A model generated the notes under the pieces. The model made no database searches. It was given only the letters and a program-made list of their open reading frames with translations, and had not been told where the DNA came from. 32,000 bases of DNA. Origin: Demequinaceae bacterium (lineage in GTDB: Bacteria; Actinomycetota; Actinomycetes; Actinomycetales; Demequinaceae). The position numbers and the translations under genes were made by a program. Location: the NCBI GenBank assembly GCA_965250005.1, contig OZ252279.1:1230001-1262000 (forward strand), given 5' to 3'. This document shows positions 15,367-23,545 of this stretch, in pieces. Position 1 is the stretch's first letter. Each line of letters opens with the position of its first letter.

Positions 15367-17151
15367 CTAGACTCTCGGCGCAACGGCCTTCGCTACGAGG
15401 GCGCGGACGGCGGCGACTCCCTCAGCTCCGCGGACCACCTGGGCGTCCGGGTGCTTCAGCGCGAGCGCGCGAGCCAGAGAGATCGATCGCGGCTCGCAAT
15501 AGACAACGAGACTCGGCGCCGATGGCCACGCGCGCGCGATTCGCCGCATTGCCGCCTTACCGAGCGGCGCGCCCGACGCCCACTGATAGACCGCGCGCTC
15601 CATGAACTCGTGATAACGTCCGTGCCGCGCCTCCACGCCTGCACGCTGCCTTACGATCGCCCGAGCCGCCCACGCAGAGCCTTTGCCTGGCAGACCCGGT
15701 AGGCGCGACGCGAGCCACAGGGGGCCGAGCGCAAGCGCGAACAGCGCGGCCGGAATCGCGCGAAGAGCAAGGCCTTCGACCGCGCGAACCGGGCTCAACA
15801 ACGCACGGCGACCGAGGTCGATTACCTCCACGCGCGGGTCCTGGAGGCGAGAATCGCGGGTGTCGTCCGTGACCAGTCGCACCGTCATACCGGCAGCCAG
15901 CGCGTCCCGGGTCACCGCATCTGCGATCCCCCGCGCCCTCGCCGACAGGCTGAGCACGGCGACCGCAGGCGCGCCCGCCGCGGACTCGGGCCACCAGCGG
16001 GCCGGAGCGCCATCAATTGAGGCCGCCCGTAGTCGCTCCCCGAAGCCCTCGCTTCCGAGCAGTGCCTCAAGCGACCGGCGACCGGCGACGGCGTCAGTTC
16101 CCGCCAGATCCACCTCGAGATGGCCCGCCGCGCCGGCGACAGCGTCGGCCGAAGCGCCAAGAGGCACGATGCGCGCCCTGCCGGCGGCGACGACCCCCGC
16201 CAGCGTCTCCTCTGGGCCACCGCACGCAGTGACAACCACGGGTAGGCCGGACAGCGCAGCCTCCACCACAGTGAGCCCGAACGTTTCGCGGGACGACAAG
16301 TGCACCAGCAGGTCCGCCGCCGCGTAAAGCGCGGGTACAGCGGCTGGTTCGACCGCGGACACGAACGTCACACGTTTCGCGACCCCGAGGGCAACCGCGC
16401 GGGCTTGGAGCGCGTCACGCTCGGGACCGTCCCCAACGAATGTCACGTGCGCCTTGGCGCGGCCAGGGTCGACGAACGCCGCAAAGGCCTCCAGCACGCG
16501 GGGAGCGCCTTTGGCGGCACGTAGCGCACCCACGTATAGCCAGCGGTCGAGCGAATCGGGCAACGCCTTTCGGAGCGGGTACGCGGACACGTCGACAGGA
16601 TTGCCCGAGGCTATAACGTTCGACCGAATTCTGGGAATCGCTCCGCGAATCACGCGGGCCTCGCGCTCGCTCACAGCAAGTAGCATGTCCGCGCGCTCCG
16701 CGACCGCACGATACTGCTCGCGTGTGTGCGGCTCGCGGATAGCCTCGTGAGCGTAGCTCGCGTGCTCGATCACTACCAGGCGGGCACCAGGCGAGACGGC
16801 CGGAAGGACAGCGAATCCGGCCGGGATTGGCACGTGCGCGTGAACTACCGACGCTGCGGCGATTTCTTCGGTAACGGCGGCTGCAGCTTCCCGATACAGG
16901 CGCGCGGACCACGCGCGTGGAGTCCGATCCGGAACCACAACGGGGACGCGCACCACTGTCCCGTCTGCGCTCGCTACGCGGGACACGGCGGTCGAGTCGC
17001 CGGGTCGAACGCGGTCGAGGTGGATGATCGTCGTCCCGCTGGCGGGCGCCCCGTACGATCGCACCCATTCGCGCACGAAGATACCCGCATACGGGTTCGC
17101 TCCGTTCGGATACCACGGCGTGACGGCCACGAACCTGGATTCAGTGGTCAT
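15367..17151 (-). CDS. GT4-family glycosyltransferase with a C-terminal extension of about 220 aa and unknown function
   Basis: The N-terminal 370 aa or so is GT-B (WYPNGANPYAGIFVRE, LSSRETFGLTVVEAALSGLPVV). The remaining residues (15367-16030) have no recognisable motif apart from one hydrophobic stretch, AIPAALFALALGPLWLA. The ATG overlaps the upstream gene stop by 11 nt. Confidence 0.8.
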   Translation of the reverse strand: MTTESRFVAVTPWYPNGANPYAGIFVREWVRSYGAPASGTTIIHLDRVRPGDSTAVSRVASADGTVVRVPVVVPDRTPRAWSARLYREAAAAVTEEIAAASVVHAHVPIPAGFAVLPAVSPGARLVVIEHASYAHEAIREPHTREQYRAVAERADMLLAVSEREARVIRGAIPRIRSNVIASGNPVDVSAYPLRKALPDSLDRWLYVGALRAAKGAPRVLEAFAAFVDPGRAKAHVTFVGDGPERDALQARAVALGVAKRVTFVSAVEPAAVPALYAAADLLVHLSSRETFGLTVVEAALSGLPVVVTACGGPEETLAGVVAAGRARIVPLGASADAVAGAAGHLEVDLAGTDAVAGRRSLEALLGSEGFGERLRAASIDGAPARWWPESAAGAPAVAVLSLSARARGIADAVTRDALAAGMTVRLVTDDTRDSRLQDPRVEVIDLGRRALLSPVRAVEGLALRAIPAALFALALGPLWLASRLPGLPGKGSAWAARAIVRQRAGVEARHGRYHEFMERAVYQWASGAPLGKAAMRRIARAWPSAPSLVVYCEPRSISLARALALKHPDAQVVRGAEGVAAVRALVAKAVAPRV

Positions 17152-18466
17152 GAATCAGGGCCCTCAGTTCGCGCTCGAAGGGCTCAAGGAGGGCGCGCCT
17201 GTCGTACTTAGCCGCGTGCTTGAGGGCGTCGTCGTGCTGTGCCGCGGTCGTCGATCGCGCGGCCGTCGCCGCCTTGGTCATCGCTTCGGCGATGGCGCCA
17301 GGCTCCACAGACGAAACCGGAAACCACAACGGGTAGTCGCGAAGCGGCTCGGAGGCCGCCGTGTCAGGCTCGTGAATCGCGACAATCGGCTTTCCGCTAG
17401 CCATCGACTCATAGGATTTGCCCGCCGTCACAAACCGCGAGCTGGGGATCATCATCAGCAACACGTCAAGGCCGCGATAGACGCCGCCGACTTCCGTCTT
17501 GGATACCGCCCCCTCCCACGTCACGCGCGCGTCAGGGCGGTGAGGAAGGAGCGACATCACGTCCGCTCGGTCAGCCGCGAAGAACCCGAGGTGGCCATAC
17601 AGGTGCGCCGTTGCGCCCGCGACTCCGAGACCGTCCTTGGCCCGCTCCCAAGCCACCCAGGTTGCCGCATGCGGCAGGTGCCGGGTGATAGTCCCAACGT
17701 AACCGAACCGCAGTGGTTGATCCGCATGTGGCTTGCGGAAGGGCATGTCGCCCAGGGTGTCAGCGTCGACACCGTTCTCGAGCACGATCATGCGCTCGGC
17801 CAGGTCAGGGTACTGCTCCGCGTACCAGTCGCGCATGGGCGCATTGACGAACGTCGTTAGCGCCGATGCCGCGAGAAGCTTGCGCTCCCACGCGCACTCG
17901 CGCGAGCCCTCATCAAACAGCGCGCGCTCGTTGAATTGGTCCAGCGTCCAGCCATCGCGAAAATCTGCGACGTACGGAACGTGTGCCCGCGTGCCGAATG
18001 CCTGGGCAACCCGAAACGCCGTCCACGGGTTCCCGGTCGCAACGACGACGCTCGCAGCTTTGCGCTTGTGGACGGCGCGCATGCGCCTCAGCGCGGGCCG
18101 GAACCACGCCTCGTACCGGCCAGGAAAGATCAGCTTCTGGCGTAGCCACCCGTAGCCCGAGTACGCGCGCGGGTAGGCCGCGTGCCGCTTGGTCATGGTG
18201 CGGACGTTCTGGATCATCCACTCGCGCGGCATGCGCACCCGCTCGACTACTACCCGTGGGTCGATCTGGTCCACCAGCGCGGGGTCGGACGAGTCGGTGA
18301 CGTCGTCAAAGAAGCGTTCATCTGCCGTGACCACGGTGACGTCCCACCCACGATCAGCAAGATAGTTGGCCATCCCTAAGGGGCGATACACGCCGCTACC
18401 TCGAGAGGGAGGAAAGAAGAAGGCGACGAGCACCAAATGAGGACGGTGCTGAGAGGTGCTCGACAC
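17141..18466 (-). CDS. GT-B fold glycosyltransferase (GT4-like)
   Basis: Contains HLVLVAFFFPPSRGSGVYRPLGMANYLADRGWDVTVVT N-terminal motif, typical of actinobacterial wall-polysaccharide GTs. Start set at GTG 18466 because GAGGAGG lies 6 nt upstream. GTG 18481 (the track start) lies inside that Shine-Dalgarno sequence. Confidence 0.7.
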   Translation of the reverse strand: MSSTSQHRPHLVLVAFFFPPSRGSGVYRPLGMANYLADRGWDVTVVTADERFFDDVTDSSDPALVDQIDPRVVVERVRMPREWMIQNVRTMTKRHAAYPRAYSGYGWLRQKLIFPGRYEAWFRPALRRMRAVHKRKAASVVVATGNPWTAFRVAQAFGTRAHVPYVADFRDGWTLDQFNERALFDEGSRECAWERKLLAASALTTFVNAPMRDWYAEQYPDLAERMIVLENGVDADTLGDMPFRKPHADQPLRFGYVGTITRHLPHAATWVAWERAKDGLGVAGATAHLYGHLGFFAADRADVMSLLPHRPDARVTWEGAVSKTEVGGVYRGLDVLLMMIPSSRFVTAGKSYESMASGKPIVAIHEPDTAASEPLRDYPLWFPVSSVEPGAIAEAMTKAATAARSTTAAQHDDALKHAAKYDRRALLEPFERELRALIHDH

Positions 18467-18511
18467 CCTCGTCCTCCTCACGTCCGAGCGCTACACGAGC
18501 GCCCACCCATC

Positions 18512-19588
18512 CTAACTGCGGAGTAGCGCTGCGACCGCTCGAGCGAGCCTGGGGCTGCCCTCGTCAAACGCGGGATCGCTCAGAGCCCACGAGCGCCCCG
18601 CATCGGCAAGAGCGGCAAGCAGCGCCGGGCGTGCGGACCACTCGCGCAACTGCGCGCTTGCCTCTTCCGCGTCTGCGGCGACAACTCCACCCCCGGAGGC
18701 CTCAATCAGTTCTCTTTGCCGGGGCAGGCCAGTCACGATGGCTGCTATCCCGTTCGCGGCGTATTCATAAACCTTCGACGGCGACGCATCGCGGAATGCG
18801 GGCGTGTCGTGGAGCAGCGAGAACCCGGCCCACGAGCCGCGGGCGATAGCCCAAGCCGCGGCCGGAGGGAGGCGACCGTGCCACGTGACGCGGTCTGCGA
18901 GTTCGGCGGCGTGCCGGTCAAACTCGACGCGATCTGCTGCGGCCACAGGCCCAATCAGGTCGAGGGTCCATCCAGGAGCGTCTCGAATCGCGTCGAGCAT
19001 GTCGAACGCTCCCCGGCTCGCGCGGATGTCGCCCACGTAGACGGCGCGCGGCTGTGAAGCGCGAGGCTCCCGGTCGGCGACTACCGGGACGTTGCGGACG
19101 ACCAGACGTCGCGGGGCGTCCGGCAACAGATGGTTGTCGGCCACCGAGGTGAGATTGGCCGCCGCGGCAGCCCGCTCGCCGGCGCGCGCGACGCGCAGCC
19201 CGGCCCATGCGGCGGGCCCGCGCGCCCACGCGCGGTCGCGCAGCAAGGCCACGTAATCTTCGTGCACGTCGGCGACGTGCAGGATCGACCGCGAGAATCG
19301 CACTCGGCGGTGGCACGCCACAGCCGAGTCAGGATCGAGCGAGACAAGCACGCGGCCCCGGGCGCGCCAAGCGATGGTCAGTCCCCCCCAGTAGCGAGAC
19401 ACCATGGCGCCTCGGTTTGAGGTCTGCACCCGAATGGCCGCAGGGGGAGCCTCGCTTTGCTCACCGAGCCCGAGCACTTCCACCGCGAGTCCGCTCGCGG
19501 CGAGGGCTTCGACGTGCCGGTGAAGGCGCGCGTCCGCGACGTCGTGCCCAGTCGTGACAATGCTGACGTCAGGCCGGGGAACGCCCAT
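18512..19588 (-). CDS. GT-B fold glycosyltransferase (family uncertain)
   Basis: Start at ATG 19588 (MGVPRPDVSIVTTGHDVADARLHRHVEALAASGLAVEVLG), 5 nt after the ABC ATPase stop. The C-terminal half has SKVYEYAANGIAAIV, an EX7E-like region. The track start at 19705 would overlap the ATPase gene. Confidence 0.65.
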   Translation of the reverse strand: MGVPRPDVSIVTTGHDVADARLHRHVEALAASGLAVEVLGLGEQSEAPPAAIRVQTSNRGAMVSRYWGGLTIAWRARGRVLVSLDPDSAVACHRRVRFSRSILHVADVHEDYVALLRDRAWARGPAAWAGLRVARAGERAAAAANLTSVADNHLLPDAPRRLVVRNVPVVADREPRASQPRAVYVGDIRASRGAFDMLDAIRDAPGWTLDLIGPVAAADRVEFDRHAAELADRVTWHGRLPPAAAWAIARGSWAGFSLLHDTPAFRDASPSKVYEYAANGIAAIVTGLPRQRELIEASGGGVVAADAEEASAQLREWSARPALLAALADAGRSWALSDPAFDEGSPRLARAVAALLRS

Positions 19589-19593
19589 CGTCG

Positions 19594-20415
19594 CTACATG
19601 TCTTCCATCGTGAGCGCAGTCTCGCCCACGTTGAGGAACTTCTCGTACTCCTTGACGCACTCGTCGGTAGTGCCGCGCATCATGAGCTTGCCCTTGTGCA
19701 GCCAAATGGCCTCGTCGCAGAGCTCCTTGATGGTTCCAAGCGAGTGGGACACGAGGAACATCGCGCGAGCGGACTCCATCATCTCGTCCATCTTGGCCGC
19801 GGCCTTGGTGCGGAAGTGGGCGTCACCAGCAGAGAGCGCCTCGTCAACCAGGAGCACGTCCGGCTGAAGCGCGACTGAAACCGAGAAGGCGAGCCGCTGG
19901 AGCATTCCGGAGGAGTACGTGCGCAGTTGCGCCTCGATGAAGCCTTCGAGCTCCGCGAACTCGGTCACGGCGTCGGCGCGATCGCGGACGGCGTCACGCG
20001 TCATACCTGCGGCGAGGCCGCCGAGCATGATGTTCTCGCGGCCGGTGAGCAGCGGGTTGAAGCCCACTCCCAGCGCGAGCAGCGAGCTGACGTTTCCGTG
20101 CACGTCAATGCGGCCAGTGGACGGGGGTAGGGCACCAGCCAGGGCGCGCATGAGCGTGGACTTACCCGCGCCGTTCGCTCCGATGACGCCAACCTTGCGC
20201 CCCAACTCCACGTCGAAGGAGACGTGATCAAGCGCCTTGACGTTCTTGACGGCGCGTTCGCCGCGACCGAAGCGAACGATCGCTTTCTTGAACGTGGGCA
20301 CCCGCTCGAACGTGGTGCGGTACTCGATCGATACGTCCTTGACGGAGACGGCGATATCAGGCTTTGCGCCAAACTTCTTGCGCGGCTTTGCCTTAGATGC
20401 GGACAGCAAAATCAC
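19594..20415 (-). CDS. ABC transporter ATP-binding protein, polysaccharide/teichoic-acid export type (Wzt/TagH-like, no C-terminal carbohydrate-binding domain)
   Basis: Walker A GANGAGKST, signature YSSGMLQRLAFS, Walker B LLVDEALS. It overlaps the upstream ABC-2 permease gene by 23 nt. Confidence 0.85.
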   Translation of the reverse strand: MILLSASKAKPRKKFGAKPDIAVSVKDVSIEYRTTFERVPTFKKAIVRFGRGERAVKNVKALDHVSFDVELGRKVGVIGANGAGKSTLMRALAGALPPSTGRIDVHGNVSSLLALGVGFNPLLTGRENIMLGGLAAGMTRDAVRDRADAVTEFAELEGFIEAQLRTYSSGMLQRLAFSVSVALQPDVLLVDEALSAGDAHFRTKAAAKMDEMMESARAMFLVSHSLGTIKELCDEAIWLHKGKLMMRGTTDECVKEYEKFLNVGETALTMEDM

Positions 20416-21259
20416 GCTCCCTTCGCAGGAAGACCACGGTGCCCAGAATCAGCACACCAAATGCCCAAGCCGCGGCGATCAAAAATGTTTGCCCCGACGG
20501 CACCGTGTTCTCAAGCATCACTTGCTGCCATCCGCCCACCAGCGAATAGAGCGGGTTCAAGTAGATCCAGCCTTCGGCCCAGGTGCCAACAGGGGTCGAA
20601 ACCGGCCACAGCACTGGCGACGTGTACAGCCAGATTCGCGTGACGTACGGCAGGAAGCTGGTGGTGTCGCGGAAGTAGACCATCAGCGTCGCGAAGAACG
20701 CTGCAAGCCCCGCCGCGAACAACACCATCAGCACGATGAAGACCACCCCAAGCAGCATCGTCCAAGAGAAGGGCTCGCCCGTGGTCGCTCGGATGACGAG
20801 GTAAACCGGGAGCGTGGGCCAGAAGCGCGACCACGAGATGCGCAAAGCGCCAAGCGGCATCAGCAGGCGCGGGAAGTTCATGTTCAGGATCAACTTGCCG
20901 CCAGTCACGATCGACTGGGCGCCAGCGAGCATCGCGCCGCTCATCAGGTTGAAGATGAACAGCCCACCAGTGATCTGCGCAAGAATGGTGGTTCCCGAGC
21001 CGAATTTGTCGCCCGCAAGCACCGCGACGAGTAGGTAATAGACCCCAGCAAGGAGCAGAGGGTTCATGATTAGCCAGATCTGCCCGAAGACCGTCTGCGT
21101 GTTCGCGGCGCGAATTGTCGAGCGCGCGTACTCCGCGACGAATTGACGGCGCGCCCAGACGTCGGCAAAATACTTCTTCAGCGGCGGGAGGCCTGCGCGA
21201 TACGGAAGGTAAACGTGGTGCTTGACGGGAGCGGCTTGCGCGGCGTCAGACGTCGCCAT
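20393..21259 (-). CDS. ABC-2 type transporter permease (Wzm/TagG-like)
   Basis: Six-TM ABC-2 permease (FGQIWLIMNPLLLAGVYYLLV ...). Start set at ATG 21259 (MATSDAAQAAPVKHHVYLPYRAGLPPLKKYFADVW), with GGGGAGA 5 nt upstream. Confidence 0.85.
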   Translation of the reverse strand: MATSDAAQAAPVKHHVYLPYRAGLPPLKKYFADVWARRQFVAEYARSTIRAANTQTVFGQIWLIMNPLLLAGVYYLLVAVLAGDKFGSGTTILAQITGGLFIFNLMSGAMLAGAQSIVTGGKLILNMNFPRLLMPLGALRISWSRFWPTLPVYLVIRATTGEPFSWTMLLGVVFIVLMVLFAAGLAAFFATLMVYFRDTTSFLPYVTRIWLYTSPVLWPVSTPVGTWAEGWIYLNPLYSLVGGWQQVMLENTVPSGQTFLIAAAWAFGVLILGTVVFLRRERDFAVRI

Positions 21260-21387
21260 GTCATCTCCCCTAAGGCCGTTGCTTGAACGAGTCGCGGTCG
21301 CCATCGAGGCGCGCGGGCGTGCTTGGTTTTCGCCGCTAAGGCTACCAGCGAACGTACCCGCGGCCTGCACCCTGTGGGCGGGCGAGG

Positions 21388-22562
21388 TTACGGGCGGGAG
21401 CCGATGTAAGAGGCCATCGCGTTCGCGGAGAACTCGCCCGTATGGACGGTCGCCGCGAACTCTCGCGACGCTGCGCGGTACCGCGCACGACTGTCAGGGT
21501 CGGCGGCGAGGTCGCGAACCACGTTGGCGACGGTCGCCCGCGTCGCCTCAACGATTGGGAGCTCGAGCCGCGTCGCGCTCTTGACCGTCGCGCGCACGTC
21601 TTCTGTAATGTGGCCGACGACGACGCATCCCGCCGCCATCGCCTCCGCGGCCGCGGCGCCATAGCTGCCGAGGGCGAACTGGTCGAGGAAGACATCTGCG
21701 ATGGACATGAGCGCGAGGACGCCAGGGCGACGCATGCCACTTGCTCGCCGCAAGTCGATTGTGCCGTCTCCGGCGAGCGGTGCCAACTCCTCCGTGACCG
21801 CGCCGATGCCCTTGAGCGTGTGCACAGTTGATGCATACACCACGACGAGCCCCGAGTCCGTGCCAGGTCGCTCTCCAGTACCTGGCGCGACGCCCACCAC
21901 GACAGGGCACCACACTGAACCGTCTACAACTCCCAACGGGTCAGGCGTCGACACAAACCTCGCGCCAGCAAAGTCAGCCAACTGCGTGTGAAGAGCCACC
22001 GTTTGCTTCTCGAGCGCCTGCGTCAGTTCCGCCGACGCGTCATGAAACGGCGACGCTGGAACGTTCGCCGCGTGCTGCGACGGCACGCGCACGTCGGAAC
22101 CGTGCGCGAAGAATGCGGGCTCGACGCCGCGCTCGCCAAGATAGTTTGCCTCGTCGATCCAGCTGTCGAACAGCGACCCGATCATGGGGCGCCCTGACTC
22201 CCATGCCACGTGCGTCGCAGGCTCCAATACTCCCGCGAGCACCGCGTCTTGCCAGCCTGTCGCGCCGGCCCACACTTCGCGAGGCACCTTCACCGACGCG
22301 GAAAACCCGGCGAGGTGGACCGCACCACCATGATCGACCGCGACTCGACGCTGTCGAGGTGCGTGGCGGCAGCCCGCGCCCATGCGTCCGCCTGGCCTGC
22401 AGAGTTCGCGGGGCCGACGACAAGACGTGCTCCATCCGTAGCCCACGGCTCCAGCGCGGCCATCTGTCGGTACATACGCGCAGAGGTGACCCTTGCCCGC
22501 GTGTCCCGCAGCCTGCTCCGCACCGCACTCAACGCACCGTTGCGGGCGGTCGCGTTCGTCAT
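21388..22562 (-). pseudogene. GT-B-like polysaccharide biosynthesis protein split over two reading frames (frameshifted gene, sequencing error, or -1 frameshift candidate)
   Basis: The N-terminal 90 codons (ATG 22562, MTNATARNGALS...LVVGPANSAGQADAWARAA...) end at TGA 22292-22290. The continuation (AVHLAGFSASVKVPREVW ... LDQFALGSYGAAAAEAMAAGCVVVGH ...) is in the -1 frame and runs to 21388. The total span is 1175 nt, which is 3n+2. Confidence 0.55.
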
Positions 22563-22688
22563 GCGTGAAGTCTGGCACGGGGACCGGCTTCACTGAGCGT
22601 GTACGCGTGTTCTGCCGTGCCCCTCAATGACGATTGATGCGGCGAGCGCTTCGCGAGACTAACGAAGTCGGGACTATCGACGACGCCG

Positions 22689-22732
22689 CACGGCTACAGC
22701 TGCAAGACACGGCACGAACGTAAAGACACGGC
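22689..22732. repeat. CACGGC x3 at an exact 19-bp period (last two copies extend to AAGACACGGC)
   Basis: Copies at 22689-22694, 22708-22713 and 22727-22732. The extended 10-mers are at 22704-22713 and 22723-22732. They lie in the 227-258 nt divergent spacer before dcd. Confidence 0.55.
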
Positions 22733-22808
22733 GAAGTTCGCGTCATGCGGAAAGCCTAGACCTAGATCAACGGGGCAGTCACGAACCCACTGAGGCGCTC
22801 GGGAACGG

Positions 22809-22814
22809 TACCGT
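22809..22814 (+). promoter_or_regulatory. candidate -10 hexamer TACCGT, 6 nt upstream of ATG 22821 (leaderless dcd)
   Basis: Sequence is cggtaccgt-ttaccc-ATG, with no Shine-Dalgarno sequence. Confidence 0.4.
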
Positions 22815-22820
22815 TTACCC

Positions 22821-23396
22821 ATGCTTCTTTCAGACCGCGACATCCGTTCCGAAATCGACGCTGGCCGAGTCAAGCTCGACCCCTACGAGCCAGGCATGAT
22901 CCAGCCGTCGTCAATCGACGTGCGGCTCGACAAGTTCTTCCGCGTATTCGACAATCACAAGTACACGGCGATTGACCCAGCAGCGGACCAGCCCGATCTC
23001 ACGCGCCTCATTGAGATCACCAACGACGAGCCGTTCGTGCTCCACCCCGGCGAGTTCGTGCTCGGATCGACCTACGAATCCGTGACACTGCCTGACGACA
23101 TCGCCGCGCGACTCGAGGGCAAGTCCTCGCTCGGCCGACTGGGACTGCTAACGCACTCCACGGCCGGATTCGTCGACCCTGGTTTCGAGGGAAACGTGAC
23201 GCTGGAGCTCAGCAATGTCGCAACGCTGCCCATCAACCTGTGGTCGGGGATGAAGATTGGGCAGCTGTGCTTCGTGCGCCTATCGAGCCCAGCTGAGCAC
23301 GCCTACGGATCCGTGAAGTACGGCTCCCGCTACAGCGGCCAACGTGGGCCGACAGCCTCCAAGTCGTTCAAGAACTTCCACCGCACCGAGCTCTAA
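22821..23396 (+). CDS. dcd: dCTP deaminase
   Basis: Starts [37 protein letters not shown], with [10 protein letters not shown], and ELSN motifs. The 191-aa length is canonical. ATG is preceded by TACCGT-N6. Confidence 0.92.
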   Translation: MLLSDRDIRSEIDAGRVKLDPYEPGMIQPSSIDVRLDKFFRVFDNHKYTAIDPAADQPDLTRLIEITNDEPFVLHPGEFVLGSTYESVTLPDDIAARLEGKSSLGRLGLLTHSTAGFVDPGFEGNVTLELSNVATLPINLWSGMKIGQLCFVRLSSPAEHAYGSVKYGSRYSGQRGPTASKSFKNFHRTEL

Positions 23397-23545
23397 GGTG
23401 CGCCGGCGACGCCAACTCAACTATTCGAAGAAGACGACCTGTGCTTCGGTTGTCCTCCGAACAGGCCAGACCCGCGCAACCAGAATTCACAACGCGGTGC
23501 AGGCGAAGTACCTCCTGGAGGGGGCTCGCGCCAGGGCCCACCCCG

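Noticed and set aside
15327-15383. TTG 15383 start for the DUF3179 gene, with a Tat-like SRRRKFW motif
   Set aside because: It would overlap the upstream GT gene by 17 nt. The RR motif is separated from the hydrophobic core by a charged 12-residue stretch. ATG 15326 gives a standard lipoprotein signal. This remains ambiguous, so I note it rather than adopt it.
2187-22568. Long antisense or off-frame ORFs in the track, including 2187..2984, 6045..6944, 6577..7302, 10225..10827, 10837..11457, 15070..15702, 15683..16327, 17024..17860, 20237..21034 and 21828..22568
   Set aside because: Each lies opposite to, or out of frame with, a gene that has clear family motifs. Their translations are Arg/Pro/Ser/Gly-rich with no motifs. 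Stop-free antisense frames like these are the expected artefact in DNA of about 70% GC.
22594-22820. tRNA gene or small Cys-rich ORF (minus strand, MTRTSPCLYVRAVSCSCSR..., about 42 codons) in the spacer before dcd
   Set aside because: There is no T-loop-like GGTTCGAA/TTCGAACC element or cloverleaf on either strand. The small ORF has low GC3 and no ribosome-binding site. The repeats there are better treated as DNA motifs.
22821-23396. dCTP deaminase as a possible anti-phage nucleotide-depletion defence gene
   Set aside because: It is a canonical 191-aa housekeeping Dcd with no extra kinase or sensor domain. It has no neighbouring defence-type genes and its GC content matches the core genome.
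23397-23545. tRNA, att site or strong terminator at the GC-content boundary after dcd
   Set aside because: Only weak hairpins are present (CCTG..TTCGG/CCGAA..CAGG and CCGCG/CGCGG with a 16-nt loop). There are no tRNA features and no recognisable direct repeat matching the far end of the window.
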